Shown piece by piece: positions 21,906-31,660 of a DNA stretch of 37,913 nt. Every line of letters begins with the position of its first letter. Position 1 is the first letter of the stretch. The stretch spans positions 1-37,913 of the forward strand of contig JALAGF010003317.1 in the NCBI GenBank assembly GCA_030167865.1, given 5' to 3'. Position numbers and translations under genes: made by a program. A model generated the notes under the pieces. The model searched no databases. It worked only from the letters and a program-made list of their open reading frames with translations, and was not told the origin of the DNA. This stretch comes from Craspedostauros australis (Eukaryota).

Positions 21906-22622
21906 ATGACGCAACAATCACATGGAGACGACGCAAAGGAGTACTATCTGTCCCTCTCCGACGAAGAGCTCTTCCTCAACTTCAGAAACAAGCCACATCG
22001 CCTCGGCGACTTCTGCTACGTCCAGGTCTCCGCCCCGTCGTCCTCCAATGCATGCCAGTTCTACGTCAAGGCCGAGTCCAGCGACATCACCACCTACAAC
22101 GGTTGGCCACGAACATTTGAATCCGATCAAGGCACGGGCTGCGTCAAGAATGACGACTCTTCCTTCTGCTACTTCAAAGATCACAGATACTCTCTCAGCC
22201 AGAATGAACGCAACACCATGTGCACGGACTCGGCCCAATCCAACGCTGCGGCGCAGCTGCGCCATGCCATCCATCATAATGCTTGCGGAACGTTGCTGAT
22301 ACCCAACACCGCCATAGTTGGCGGCACTGAGAATGGTACCAACCAAATAACGCCAGTCTCGCCAACATCATCATCATCCAGAAGCTGGGACTCATGCCAA
22401 GGCAATTCGCGATCGGACTGTTTCTGGATGCGCTTTGGTTTCATCTGCATCATCGTCGTGTGCTTGCTCATCGTGTGTCGATGCGCCTTCACGCTGCGGC
22501 AGTACCACAAGCACCTGGCGGATCGGCGGTACGAGGCGTCCGCCACTGGTACGAGTAAAGGCAAGGACGAAGCGTCCGTGGGGTCGGACACTGCCGCGTC
22601 GTCGATTGTGGAAGCAGTATAA
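21906..22622 (+). CDS. Hypothetical single-pass membrane protein, 238 aa
   Basis: ATG in GCCATG context, Cys-containing N-terminal region, TM FGFICIIVVCLLIV. A possible 5'-UTR intron spans 21743-21898 (GTATGC...TCAG). Confidence 0.65.
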   Translation: MTQQSHGDDAKEYYLSLSDEELFLNFRNKPHRLGDFCYVQVSAPSSSNACQFYVKAESSDITTYNGWPRTFESDQGTGCVKNDDSSFCYFKDHRYSLSQNERNTMCTDSAQSNAAAQLRHAIHHNACGTLLIPNTAIVGGTENGTNQITPVSPTSSSSRSWDSCQGNSRSDCFWMRFGFICIIVVCLLIVCRCAFTLRQYHKHLADRRYEASATGTSKGKDEASVGSDTAASSIVEAV

Positions 22623-22910
22623 CGGGCCTTTGTTTGGCGGCAAGGGTGTGGGGGACATTGGGTCAACGCAACAGCACAAAATGTGCAGATAGATGTAGAA
22701 ACAATAGGTTCGGGATGTAAGCTTCACCAGTCTCCATGAACTGCGGTTTGATCAGCTCAAAATGTTGTACAGGTATAAGCTTGTGGAGTCCCCGTGCGTA
22801 CAAGTGGAAGAAGATGCCAAAGATACATTGAGTAGTCAAGTTCTAAACCATGTACGCTATGGATCATCGATGAATGGATTGTGCAAATCTTGACTGCTAT
22901 ACACCATTGC

Positions 22911-22949
22911 GCCATGCACTGCCATCCACTGCCATCCACTGCCATCCAC
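22911..22949. repeat. 10-bp tandem repeat (GCCATCCACT) x ~4
   Basis: Directly visible, immediately after the stop codon of the minus-strand gene ending at 22954. Confidence 0.9.
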
Positions 22950-22953
22950 CTTT

Positions 22954-24459
22954 CTAAGCCTGCGCGGACTCCTTGGCATGCGCAGAAACGATGGGGTGCG
23001 TGAAGATGGTGTGGTTGGCACAGAAGTGGTACTCCTGCACGAAGCCATCGCCGATGATGCTCTCCTCGCCGTCCTTCTCATGATGGATGTTGGCCCACAC
23101 CATCCTGCCGTACTGCGGATGAATGTGGACGCCTGCCTTCGGGAAGTGGATGCCGCCGTTGGCTTTTGGCTTCTTCTCGCAGAAGAGGAAGACGCGTGAG
23201 AGCTCTTTCGGATCGACCACGGTCGTTTTCTTCGTCTCTGCCATGTTGCAGTACGGCGCGTATGGTGGACATGGTTCTTTTGATTTTGCGTCTTCCGGTT
23301 CCTGGTAGGTCTCCAGCTGCAGCGCAAAGTCGCTGTTGGTTGCCAGAGATGACATGGACGCCATCGACAGGTCCTTCCGATCCATGGCAGGCTCGGACAA
23401 GGCGTAGATGCGCTTCATGAGACCCTGAAGTGCTTTGTTGTTGAGGACATTGTCCCACGAAATCGTGGATGCGTCCTCATCCTCTGATGATGGCGATGAC
23501 TCAATGGCGTTCAAAGCGTCGCACTCGGATGGCGATACAAACGAATCCACGCTGAAGATCTTGGAATGCGGACGCGAATGGTACACCTTCATTTGGTAGC
23601 TATCCGGTCGCATCTTTCCATTAGGTGCATCCGTGTACCGCCATGTCTTGTTGACAACTTCATCCGCCATCTTGAGATCCGGCGTGGAGCAGGCGTACGG
23701 AATGAATGTCTCCGCCATCGTCAATCGCAGGTTGGATTGGAATTGGTGCTCTTCCTGCTTCTTTGCCAAGGTGGTGTTCAACGAGGTTTCAACGCACTTG
23801 GAAAGCTCATCGATTTTGGAATCATCAATGTTGGACAGATCCACAGCATTCTCGCCATCACCTGCCAACACCTTCGCACGGCAGCCAGCGACCAAGTCCC
23901 TGGCCTCAAGCTGCGAATCCTTCCAGCGATCCGTATGCGTGGCGATGAAGTTCTTGTCAAGTTGAACGACTGTTGTGACCATGTCCGTTGATGTGAATGT
24001 CGTTGTGCGAATGTTATTGTGCGGATTGAGTTATGAGGATGCAGTTGTGAGATGAGTGAAGCCAGGCAACATAGTCAGGCTCGAATATTTCACAACAGAC
24101 CATGGTCAGCTTGCGCGTCACGTACCTTGATCCTCCTCATCGTTGACCTGAATGTAAGCCTTGCGACAAGTCCCGAACTTGCACTTGCCCGACTTCTTGC
24201 CTGGCAGCTCCCTGAGCTCAAACTCATGACCGATGAAGCTGGAGATGGTCTGATCTCCGCCATACGGCGTGCCGTCTCCTCCAGTGTTGGAATGGAAGGT
24301 GATGGGATTATCGTTGCGGTTGATCCACATGGCATCCATGCGCACGCCCGATCTGTTGTGGATCGTGATGGATCGTTGCGTGGGCGTCTCATGACGCCGC
24401 TGGCCCAAGATGGCGGCATTGGCGCTTGTCAACGCGAGGATCGCTGCGAATGCCCTCAT
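22954..24459 (-). CDS. Secreted prolyl 4-hydroxylase-like (2OG-Fe(II) fold) protein, probably catalytically inactive; 2 exons (24459-24126, 23969-22954), ~449 aa
   Basis: Signal peptide MRAFAAILALTSANA. Phase-1 intron 24125-23970 (AAG|GTACGT...AACAG|) gives the in-frame join EEDQ-VVQLDKN. P4H-like motifs KIFSVDSFVSPSECDAL and RVFLFCE..NGGIHFPKAGVHIHPQYGRMVW. Confidence 0.8.
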
Positions 24460-25334
24460 CTCTGCTTCTGCGAATGCTCTGCGACGCGTTCTGCGGATGT
24501 GGAGTGGGAAAGATGAAAAGAGTGTGGAAAGCAGTGGTCTGCTCGATCAGCAATCAGCGGTTGCGTTCCTTCCTTCTCTCCGTCGCAAGGCTTCTGCTCT
24601 GTTGGTCTTGCCTTCGCGTATTGCTCTTGTGTGATGCCTTGCTTCCTTCTTGTCTCCATCCGCAACCTCGATTCATGGTCGCAACCGTTGCGCCAACGGC
24701 TCATTCCGAACGCTGCCAAGCACAACGCGAACGAACATCGCGCACAGAGGGTTCTCGTTGGCCAGTGTCGGTCATTGTTGCGATGACGGCTTCGCGATTT
24801 GGCGGGACGTTGAGTTGATCCGTTCGATTGTTTCATTGGTTCGGTCTGTTGAGTCCAAAAGAGAAACCAAAACACGTCAGTCGATCGAGTCAACCCGGAT
24901 CGGGATCGGCTGTGTTGGTGTCAACAAGAAATGTGACACAGCATCAACAACAACGCACCCACCAACTTTCTGTGGAGTATCTACGGTCCTCGCCGCGGTG
25001 ATGTGTGTGATGCTGTGGGATGACCTGGTTTGATGTGTTTGTGGTGCATTGCGATCCACCTCGCCCATCGCTTCCCTCGTGGTTCGGTTCGAGTTGCTCT
25101 CTCACCTCAGGACGCATCGTACGCAACAGGTCACAACTTGGAACAGTCGAGCTGGAGAGGCATCGCTTTGCACACGCTACCTGCTTCCATTCTCTTTCTG
25201 CAAGTACCGCCCCATTCATTCATTCACTCATTCACTCATTGATCTATTATACCTATTGGTTGATTGATTGACTCATCCCTTCAATCCATAGATCCATTCA
25301 TCCTCGTAAAGGACTCGCGCAATTGATCGGCATC

Positions 25335-26648
25335 ATGAAGTTCCAACTCACAGCATTCACGGCCATGACCTTCATGTCATCGACCGTCCTCTTTACGGCA
25401 GAGACAGCATCTGCCTTCACAACAAAGCAGCAGATGCCACAGCAGACAGTCGTCACCAGCACAGAGCTGGCCGCTGTCGATCGCCGCGGATTCGCCAAGG
25501 TTGTTGCGGGAACAGCTGCAGCTGGCATCTTCTCCTTGGCCACCAACCCGCAATCTGCCAATGCTCAGGTCTTCTTCGATCCAGCCATGTACGGTGACCA
25601 GGAACTGCGCGTGGGAACCGTCGACACCGTGCGTGAACGTACGCGCCGTGCCATCCTGCAGAACCCATCATTGGCCGTGGCCTTCTACCAGCTCGCTTTG
25701 CTCGATGCGCTTTCGTTCGATTCGGCCACCAGCTCCTACGGTCCCAACGGAGGAGTCATCTTCGCGGCCATCAACTCCAAGAGCACCGATGAATACACCA
25801 CCAGCCTGCGCGATGCGTCGCAGGTACTCATCCAATGCGAGAAGGACCTCAAGCGCAAGACTGCCGTCTCCATCGCCGATTGCGTCGCCATCGCGGGCGC
25901 CGAGTCCATCGAATCCATAGGCGGACCCGTGCTGGCCGTGCAGCTGGGACGCATGGAGCCCGACAAGAACAAGCCTTACCCCATCAACACGCAGCTGCCG
26001 CTGGACCTCTTCTCCGGCACCCGCCCCAACGCCGAGATCCGCGCCGCCTTCCGCAAGGCCGGATTGACGGAACGCGAGATGACGGCCCTCATGGCGGCCT
26101 TGCTCACGCTGGAACGAGTCGAGAAGACGCGCACGGCCGACGACTGGAAGCAATCGGCCAAGCCCAAGTTCGTCGAGCGCGGCAAGATGGGACGCATGAG
26201 CGATTACAAGCGCCTCACGGATGAGGACTTCCTGGCGGCGCAGGCTGACGAGTTCGATGAGGATCCCGATGACGGATGGTACATCGTCGACTCCTTCGGA
26301 GATCGCGACAGCCGTTTCGGCAGCCGCATCGCCAAGGACGAGATTGATGAGAAGACCTTCAACAAGTACCTCAAGCAGCTGCAGTCCATCTACCTCGGCA
26401 AGAAGGACGCTTTGCCCAAGGACACCTTCGGTTGGATCGGCAGCCTCATCCTCGACACGGAGTCTCCCACCACGCAGGCCTGGTTGAAGAAGTACGCCGA
26501 GTCCAACCTCTCCTACACCAAGGATCTCAACATCGCATTCAACTCGGCCACGCAGCTGGGGGCCGTTTACACGGGTGGTAAGTACGAGAACTTGCTCAAG
26601 AACAAGCCGCGCAAGTCGCTCAACGATGATGATCTGGGATTGTTTTAG
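25335..26648 (+). CDS. Plastid thylakoid-lumen heme-peroxidase-like protein (TL29/APX4-like), 437 aa
   Basis: Signal peptide with ASA-F cleavage, twin-arginine DRRGF, hydrophobic stretch and ANA-Q lumenal site. Peroxidase-fold motifs QLALLDALSFD..GPNGG, VSIADCVAIAGAESIESIGGP..QLGR, FRKAGLTEREMTAL. Confidence 0.85.
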   Translation: MKFQLTAFTAMTFMSSTVLFTAETASAFTTKQQMPQQTVVTSTELAAVDRRGFAKVVAGTAAAGIFSLATNPQSANAQVFFDPAMYGDQELRVGTVDTVRERTRRAILQNPSLAVAFYQLALLDALSFDSATSSYGPNGGVIFAAINSKSTDEYTTSLRDASQVLIQCEKDLKRKTAVSIADCVAIAGAESIESIGGPVLAVQLGRMEPDKNKPYPINTQLPLDLFSGTRPNAEIRAAFRKAGLTEREMTALMAALLTLERVEKTRTADDWKQSAKPKFVERGKMGRMSDYKRLTDEDFLAAQADEFDEDPDDGWYIVDSFGDRDSRFGSRIAKDEIDEKTFNKYLKQLQSIYLGKKDALPKDTFGWIGSLILDTESPTTQAWLKKYAESNLSYTKDLNIAFNSATQLGAVYTGGKYENLLKNKPRKSLNDDDLGLF

Positions 26649-26988
26649 AGCGGAGTCGAGGAGAGTGGAGCACCAGTACATAGGTCGTATGATACGCTGC
26701 TGATCATGCCGAGCATGGCGGCCGGCTTTGAAGGGTAATCAAACAGTGAAGATAACTTGCTATCATTTTTTCTTGCTATTATACAATACAATGCATGCAA
26801 TGATTGTGTAGAGTAATGGTGTGGGTACGACTACGAGGAGCTTTTTGTCGCTTAGCATTGGAAGCCAGGCGAGTTGACACGAACGCCAGACAGAGAACAT
26901 GGTCCCTCCACGATCTTCCAACAACGATTAGCTTTTCTATCATTGTTCAGTTCAATGCTCTGCCCTACTCCATTGCATTGCGAGTGCA

Positions 26989-28899
26989 TTACACTGCCTG
27001 AGCTGAGCCATCATCCTGTTCATACTCATGCCCTCGCGGCACAACGATACGACCGATCAAATCGTAATCATCAAAGTCTGTCAGCTCCACCCAATACCGT
27101 TCTCCAGGAACAGGCAACTTGCCCAGTTCGTCGACGTCATTGATGATCACCTGCCCGTCAATATCCGGGCACTGGCCGTAGTATCGGCCCACGATCAGAT
27201 CGTCATGCTCGGCATGAAAACCTTCCACCACAACCTCCAACCGCTGTCGGCGCTCGATGCGTTCGGAATTCTGCTGTCGCACGATCTCCAATTGCGCCTG
27301 CATCAGTCGATCGTAGCGTTCTGCCTTGACCTCCTGCGGCACGTGGTTGGGCAACTTTGAAGACCACGCCAGTTCTTCGTCGGAATACATGAAGGCGCCG
27401 ACGTTGTCCAACTTGTACTGTCGCACAAAGTCCAGCAGCTCCTGAAACTGCTCCTCCGTTTCACCGGGAAATCCCACCATGAGACTCGTGCGGATGTGAA
27501 TATCCGGTAATCGTCGGCGCAGCTCCCGGATCGTGGACTTGATTGCGTCGCCTGTTGTGGTGCGCTTCATCGCTTTGAGCATCGTGTCGTTGATGTGCTG
27601 GATGGGCATGTCGAGGTACCGGACGACACGTCGATCGTTCTCGATGATGTCAATCACGTCGGAGTTGATCTCGTCGGGGTACAGGTACAGCAGGCGCAGC
27701 CAGAAGTCACGATCGTCGTTGTCCAACAAGGCACGCAGTAGCAGCGCGAGGCCATCGTGCTGGTCTCGGATGCTGCGACGGACGCCAACACTTTCTGCCG
27801 CTTCAGGGGCTGCGAGGGTGGATCGATACGCGGCAAGTTCCTTGCGTCGGTCTTTTCCATAATCGCCCAGGTCCTGCGCAATCAGGATGATCTCCTTGGA
27901 TCCGGTATCCAGCAAGGATTTAAACTCTTGCACCACCTGATCGATTGGCTTGGATTGCAGACGTCCCTTGATCTTGGGAATGATGCAGAACGAGCAGCGT
28001 TTGCGACATCCTTCAGCGATTTTCAAGTACGAAAAGTGCGACGGAGTTGCCAAGAATCGCGGCGTGTCGCCCTGTTCCAAGAAGCTGGATCGGGCGGCCG
28101 ATAGGGAGGGGATATCCGTGCTACAATCGATGACGTTGCTGATCTGTTCGATGACTACATCATTCTCATCATCCAGCGATATTTGCTGAAGACGACGGCC
28201 TTCTTCGTCATCTTCGCCTTGCTGCTCCTCCTTCTGCTTCCGCTCCACTTGTACTCGTACCTTTGCCTCTGCTTGCGCCGCCTTCTCTTTCCGCTGAATA
28301 TCTTGAATGGCAACCAGAATCTTATCGACCGATCCCGCACCAAGAACATGATCCACCTGCGGAAAGTCCTTGAGAATCTGGTCCGAATGCAAATTGACCA
28401 TGCACCCCGTGACCAAGAGCTTGGCGTCGTCCTTCTTTTGCTGCAGCATGTCGCGCACGGCCTGCGATGATTCGTCACGCGCGGATTGCAAGAACCCGCA
28501 GGTGTTGACGACGAGGTAGTCCGCATCGGCCATCTCCTGCGTTGGTTCCATCCCGGCATTCAGCACAACGCCCAGCATGACTTCGGTGTCCACAAAGTTG
28601 CGCGGGCAACCCAACGATTGGAACATGATCTTGTTGCCGTCGTTGTGGGAGTCATTGTACGCGTACGATGCCGGTGTCCTTGCTCCGGGAGATCGTCTGC
28701 CTCTGCCTTTTGCCGTTCGTTTGCCGCGTCGTCTCGTGCTTGCAACAGCAGAGAAGCATCGTTCTTCACCAACCAGCAGTGTTTGCATCTGGTGCGTCAA
28801 TCTGCTGCTCTTGCCTGGCTTCACGGAACCGATGCCGCGGGGACGCAGACAATGGATGGATCGTTGCATCGTCAACGATGATCGCAATGTGTGCGACAT
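26989..28899 (-). CDS. rimO: Ribosomal protein S12 methylthiotransferase RimO (radical SAM) with an N-terminal organelle-targeting extension
   Basis: UPF0004 domain SLGCPRNFVDTEVMLG / NTCGF / VTGCM, radical-SAM YLKIAEGCRKRCSFC, LLYLYP, VGFPGETEEQF and TRAM-like GRYYGQCPDIDG. Confidence 0.93.
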   Translation of the reverse strand: MSHTLRSSLTMQRSIHCLRPRGIGSVKPGKSSRLTHQMQTLLVGEERCFSAVASTRRRGKRTAKGRGRRSPGARTPASYAYNDSHNDGNKIMFQSLGCPRNFVDTEVMLGVVLNAGMEPTQEMADADYLVVNTCGFLQSARDESSQAVRDMLQQKKDDAKLLVTGCMVNLHSDQILKDFPQVDHVLGAGSVDKILVAIQDIQRKEKAAQAEAKVRVQVERKQKEEQQGEDDEEGRRLQQISLDDENDVVIEQISNVIDCSTDIPSLSAARSSFLEQGDTPRFLATPSHFSYLKIAEGCRKRCSFCIIPKIKGRLQSKPIDQVVQEFKSLLDTGSKEIILIAQDLGDYGKDRRKELAAYRSTLAAPEAAESVGVRRSIRDQHDGLALLLRALLDNDDRDFWLRLLYLYPDEINSDVIDIIENDRRVVRYLDMPIQHINDTMLKAMKRTTTGDAIKSTIRELRRRLPDIHIRTSLMVGFPGETEEQFQELLDFVRQYKLDNVGAFMYSDEELAWSSKLPNHVPQEVKAERYDRLMQAQLEIVRQQNSERIERRQRLEVVVEGFHAEHDDLIVGRYYGQCPDIDGQVIINDVDELGKLPVPGERYWVELTDFDDYDLIGRIVVPRGHEYEQDDGSAQAV

Positions 28900-29114
28900 G
28901 ATTGTATGTCTGTTCTGTATTATGAGTAGGCGTAGTTGTATTTATCCCAATGAAGTCTGGATTGCCGAAATTGCCTTTGATCTTCCTTGCTCTCTTGTGC
29001 CTATCCGCTTTTTTTGCCGAAAAGGGGCGCAAAGGGGCTACAATGGGCCACATGGGGCTACAAATTTCCCGGATAAAAACAACCAACCCTTATCACCAAC
29101 AACAATGTGTATAT

Positions 29115-29267
29115 GACCCACGTCAGCCAATGACCGTACGGTCGCTACAGGATCCTGAAAAAATGGGCTCCTATAGAGACTAAAATTTAATCATATATAC
29201 TTCAACACATTGGTAATAAGGTAGGAGTGTTAGACAGTGAGTCCAGGCCTTGGTTATAAACTTATGA
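29115..29267 (+). repeat. Left terminal inverted repeat (153 bp)
   Basis: Ungapped hand alignment to the reverse complement of 36711-36863 gives about 18 mismatches, 7 of them in the outer 107 nt. Confidence 0.93.
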
Positions 29268-30886
29268 TGGCGTCAGCCTAGCGTTTTAGAGGCAAAACGT
29301 GATGCAAGCGGCCAGAATTCTCTTTTTCAGGGGCTCTTGTCACGACACGTGGAACCCATTTCTGTCTGGTTTTCGATTTCTTTGTGTTTTGCTTGGTGGG
29401 ACCCTCGATTTGGAACAAAATGACGTGCTGATTTGGACGTTACGGACGTTAATTCCAGTCGAAACTGTGATGACGTGATTCTTCTTGTCGTTAAGTGCGA
29501 TGTGATGTCGCATGTTCCATGTTGAGTGAAATTGTCAAGTCCACGAGTGGTTGGACAGACTTTTTATTGGATGTTTTCATCCCACCTGGTTCAGATCGAT
29601 ACTGATTCTCACGTTTGTTTTGGGTCGCAGAAGCAGAGGTTTGCCAATCCGTTTCGAATGTGCATTTGGGACGCTCGTCGTGCGATGGAAATGAAATCAA
29701 CTGCATTTGCGTTTTGCATCACGTGTCGCCACACAACACGGCGGAGAGTCTGGCGTTGCTCATGCGATCCTTTTGCGCCAGTTCGATGCTCGCTTTCATT
29801 CCCGTTTTGCAACGCGTGTTTTTGCTGAGTGACCTTGCATCATACTCCTCTACATTCATCACAACATCATGTGCACTGCATGCTCTACTCACACTCTACT
29901 ATTCTACTCTGCATGATGTTGCTTTTCTGTGTATACTCGATCTGGATTGTTTGCCAACTGTTGTCTTGTTGTCCAAATATGACGCGCACAACCACCTGCA
30001 TCACTGAATGGGAATGAGCATTCTTTCGAATCTTTGCTTTCGTGTTGTTTGCGCATGACCAAGCGACGGTCGACCCCTCTGACTAAATCATGTCGCGAAC
30101 GTTCATAGCAACAAATGACGAAGAACACACACCACTGCATCCAATGACACACATGTTGGCAAGTACCGCGCACGGGTGACTCATGCACTGTAGACGATGG
30201 TGGTGGTGGTGTTACGATTTCAATTTCTATTTCATTACGGTGTTCCGATGGCCCACCTATGAGTCAGCATGCAAGATGCTCTCTTGCTGTTTCTCATGTT
30301 TCTCTCTCTTTCTGTCTCTCTGGTCCATGTTATCACTGCGTGTTACTCCGTTTTCGATATGTACTTGATCGTCCTGCCTTATATTGACCTACTACTTCAT
30401 GTGTAGTTGTCAATGTCTTGCTTGAACTCCTCCTCTGCACATCTACAATCTCTATTATGCCACGGTCATAGAATCTTCAGCTTCTTGTTCTGATGTGGAG
30501 TTGGCTGTCAACGCGGCGACATGATGACATCATGTCAAGTCCAGCTGTCATCATCTTCCATGCTCCTTCAGATTCCATATTCCATTGATGATGTAGGTTG
30601 GAGGTGAAGGTATCATCATTTTGGGTTTAGTTGTGAAATACATCGATCTCAACTCGATGTCACTCGTTTCTGTCGAATGGATGGACAGGCTGAAAATCTG
30701 ATGCTCTCAGAAATTGTTGGTCACAAATTTCCTCCCAAAATTGTGAACGCATTTGCGCGCGCAAATTTGTGATGCAATTCACTTAGGCACACTTCATTGA
30801 TGACACGAATGTTAGTGCCGTTTGTGCGTAGAGTAAAAGAGAATGACGGGTGAGCGATGCACATACACATACGCACATTCTGACAG

Positions 30887-31660
30887 GCAATGGTGAGAAC
30901 AGGATTCTCGAAGCTCTCGCCGATCTTGGTAAACGCAGCAATGACATCGATGCCACAGTAGCGTCATACAAGAACGAAGAGATGGTTATCATGGACATTG
31001 ACTTGGTGCATGCACTTGCCCAAATGAGACACAACAAGAATTCCGAAGCAGACCACTTCGCCCCAGCCTTCGGAACCGTGTCCAAAGGCAAATAAAATCT
31101 AGCAGATGGAATCGTGTCCTTCATTGGTGCAAGGTAGAATGCAGACAAGCCAGAGCTGGAGGATCAAACACTGCAAACTATCTTTATTCATGCCACATAC
31201 TACTTGAAGGGATCCAACACCAACATGTTCAAGGTCCAACACAACAAGAACAGGGCACACGACAAACTCGTGCACGTTCTGTTGGAAAGAAGAGTTCATA
31301 CTGTGAGACATGTAGAAAGGAGAAGCTCCCCAAGGAGTTCAAGGAGTCTCAAATTGGAATGAAAACGAATCCCATGGGAGACAAACCAGGCATACCGTGC
31401 ATCCAGGAGGAGATCGCCATTCATTTCTTACCCAGTTGATGAGTCAGAATTCTTGCCTGGCATGATGGCGGCACTCGATAGTCGTCGCAATCAATACAAG
31501 AAAAAGGAAGATCATGGTGTCAAAATCAAATACACCAAGGGTACCACTGGTGTTGCCAACAAGTTGGGCGAGATATGAACTACTCTTGATGAATTCCATG
31601 TCCAAGATATTGAAGAATGAAATGATAACTACACCAACAGCAACGACAACACACAACTAA
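30887..31660 (+). pseudogene. Decayed protein-coding sequence of unknown family inside the TIR element
   Basis: After a splice-acceptor-like CTGACAG, a protein-like frame (NGENRILEALADLGK...GK*NLADGIVSFIGAR*NADKPELEDQTL...) runs through isolated TAA/TAG stops and probable frameshifts. Confidence 0.45.

Noticed and set aside
9224-28899. Bacterial contamination or operon suggested by rimO and the COG3899 ATPase
   Set aside because: Neighbouring genes have spliceosomal introns and diatom targeting peptides, rimO has an organelle presequence, and there is no operon structure.
31500-31580. EDHGVKIKYTKGTTGVANKL resembles the end of gypsy RNase H
   Set aside because: The match is too short and no upstream RT or RNase H motifs are visible.
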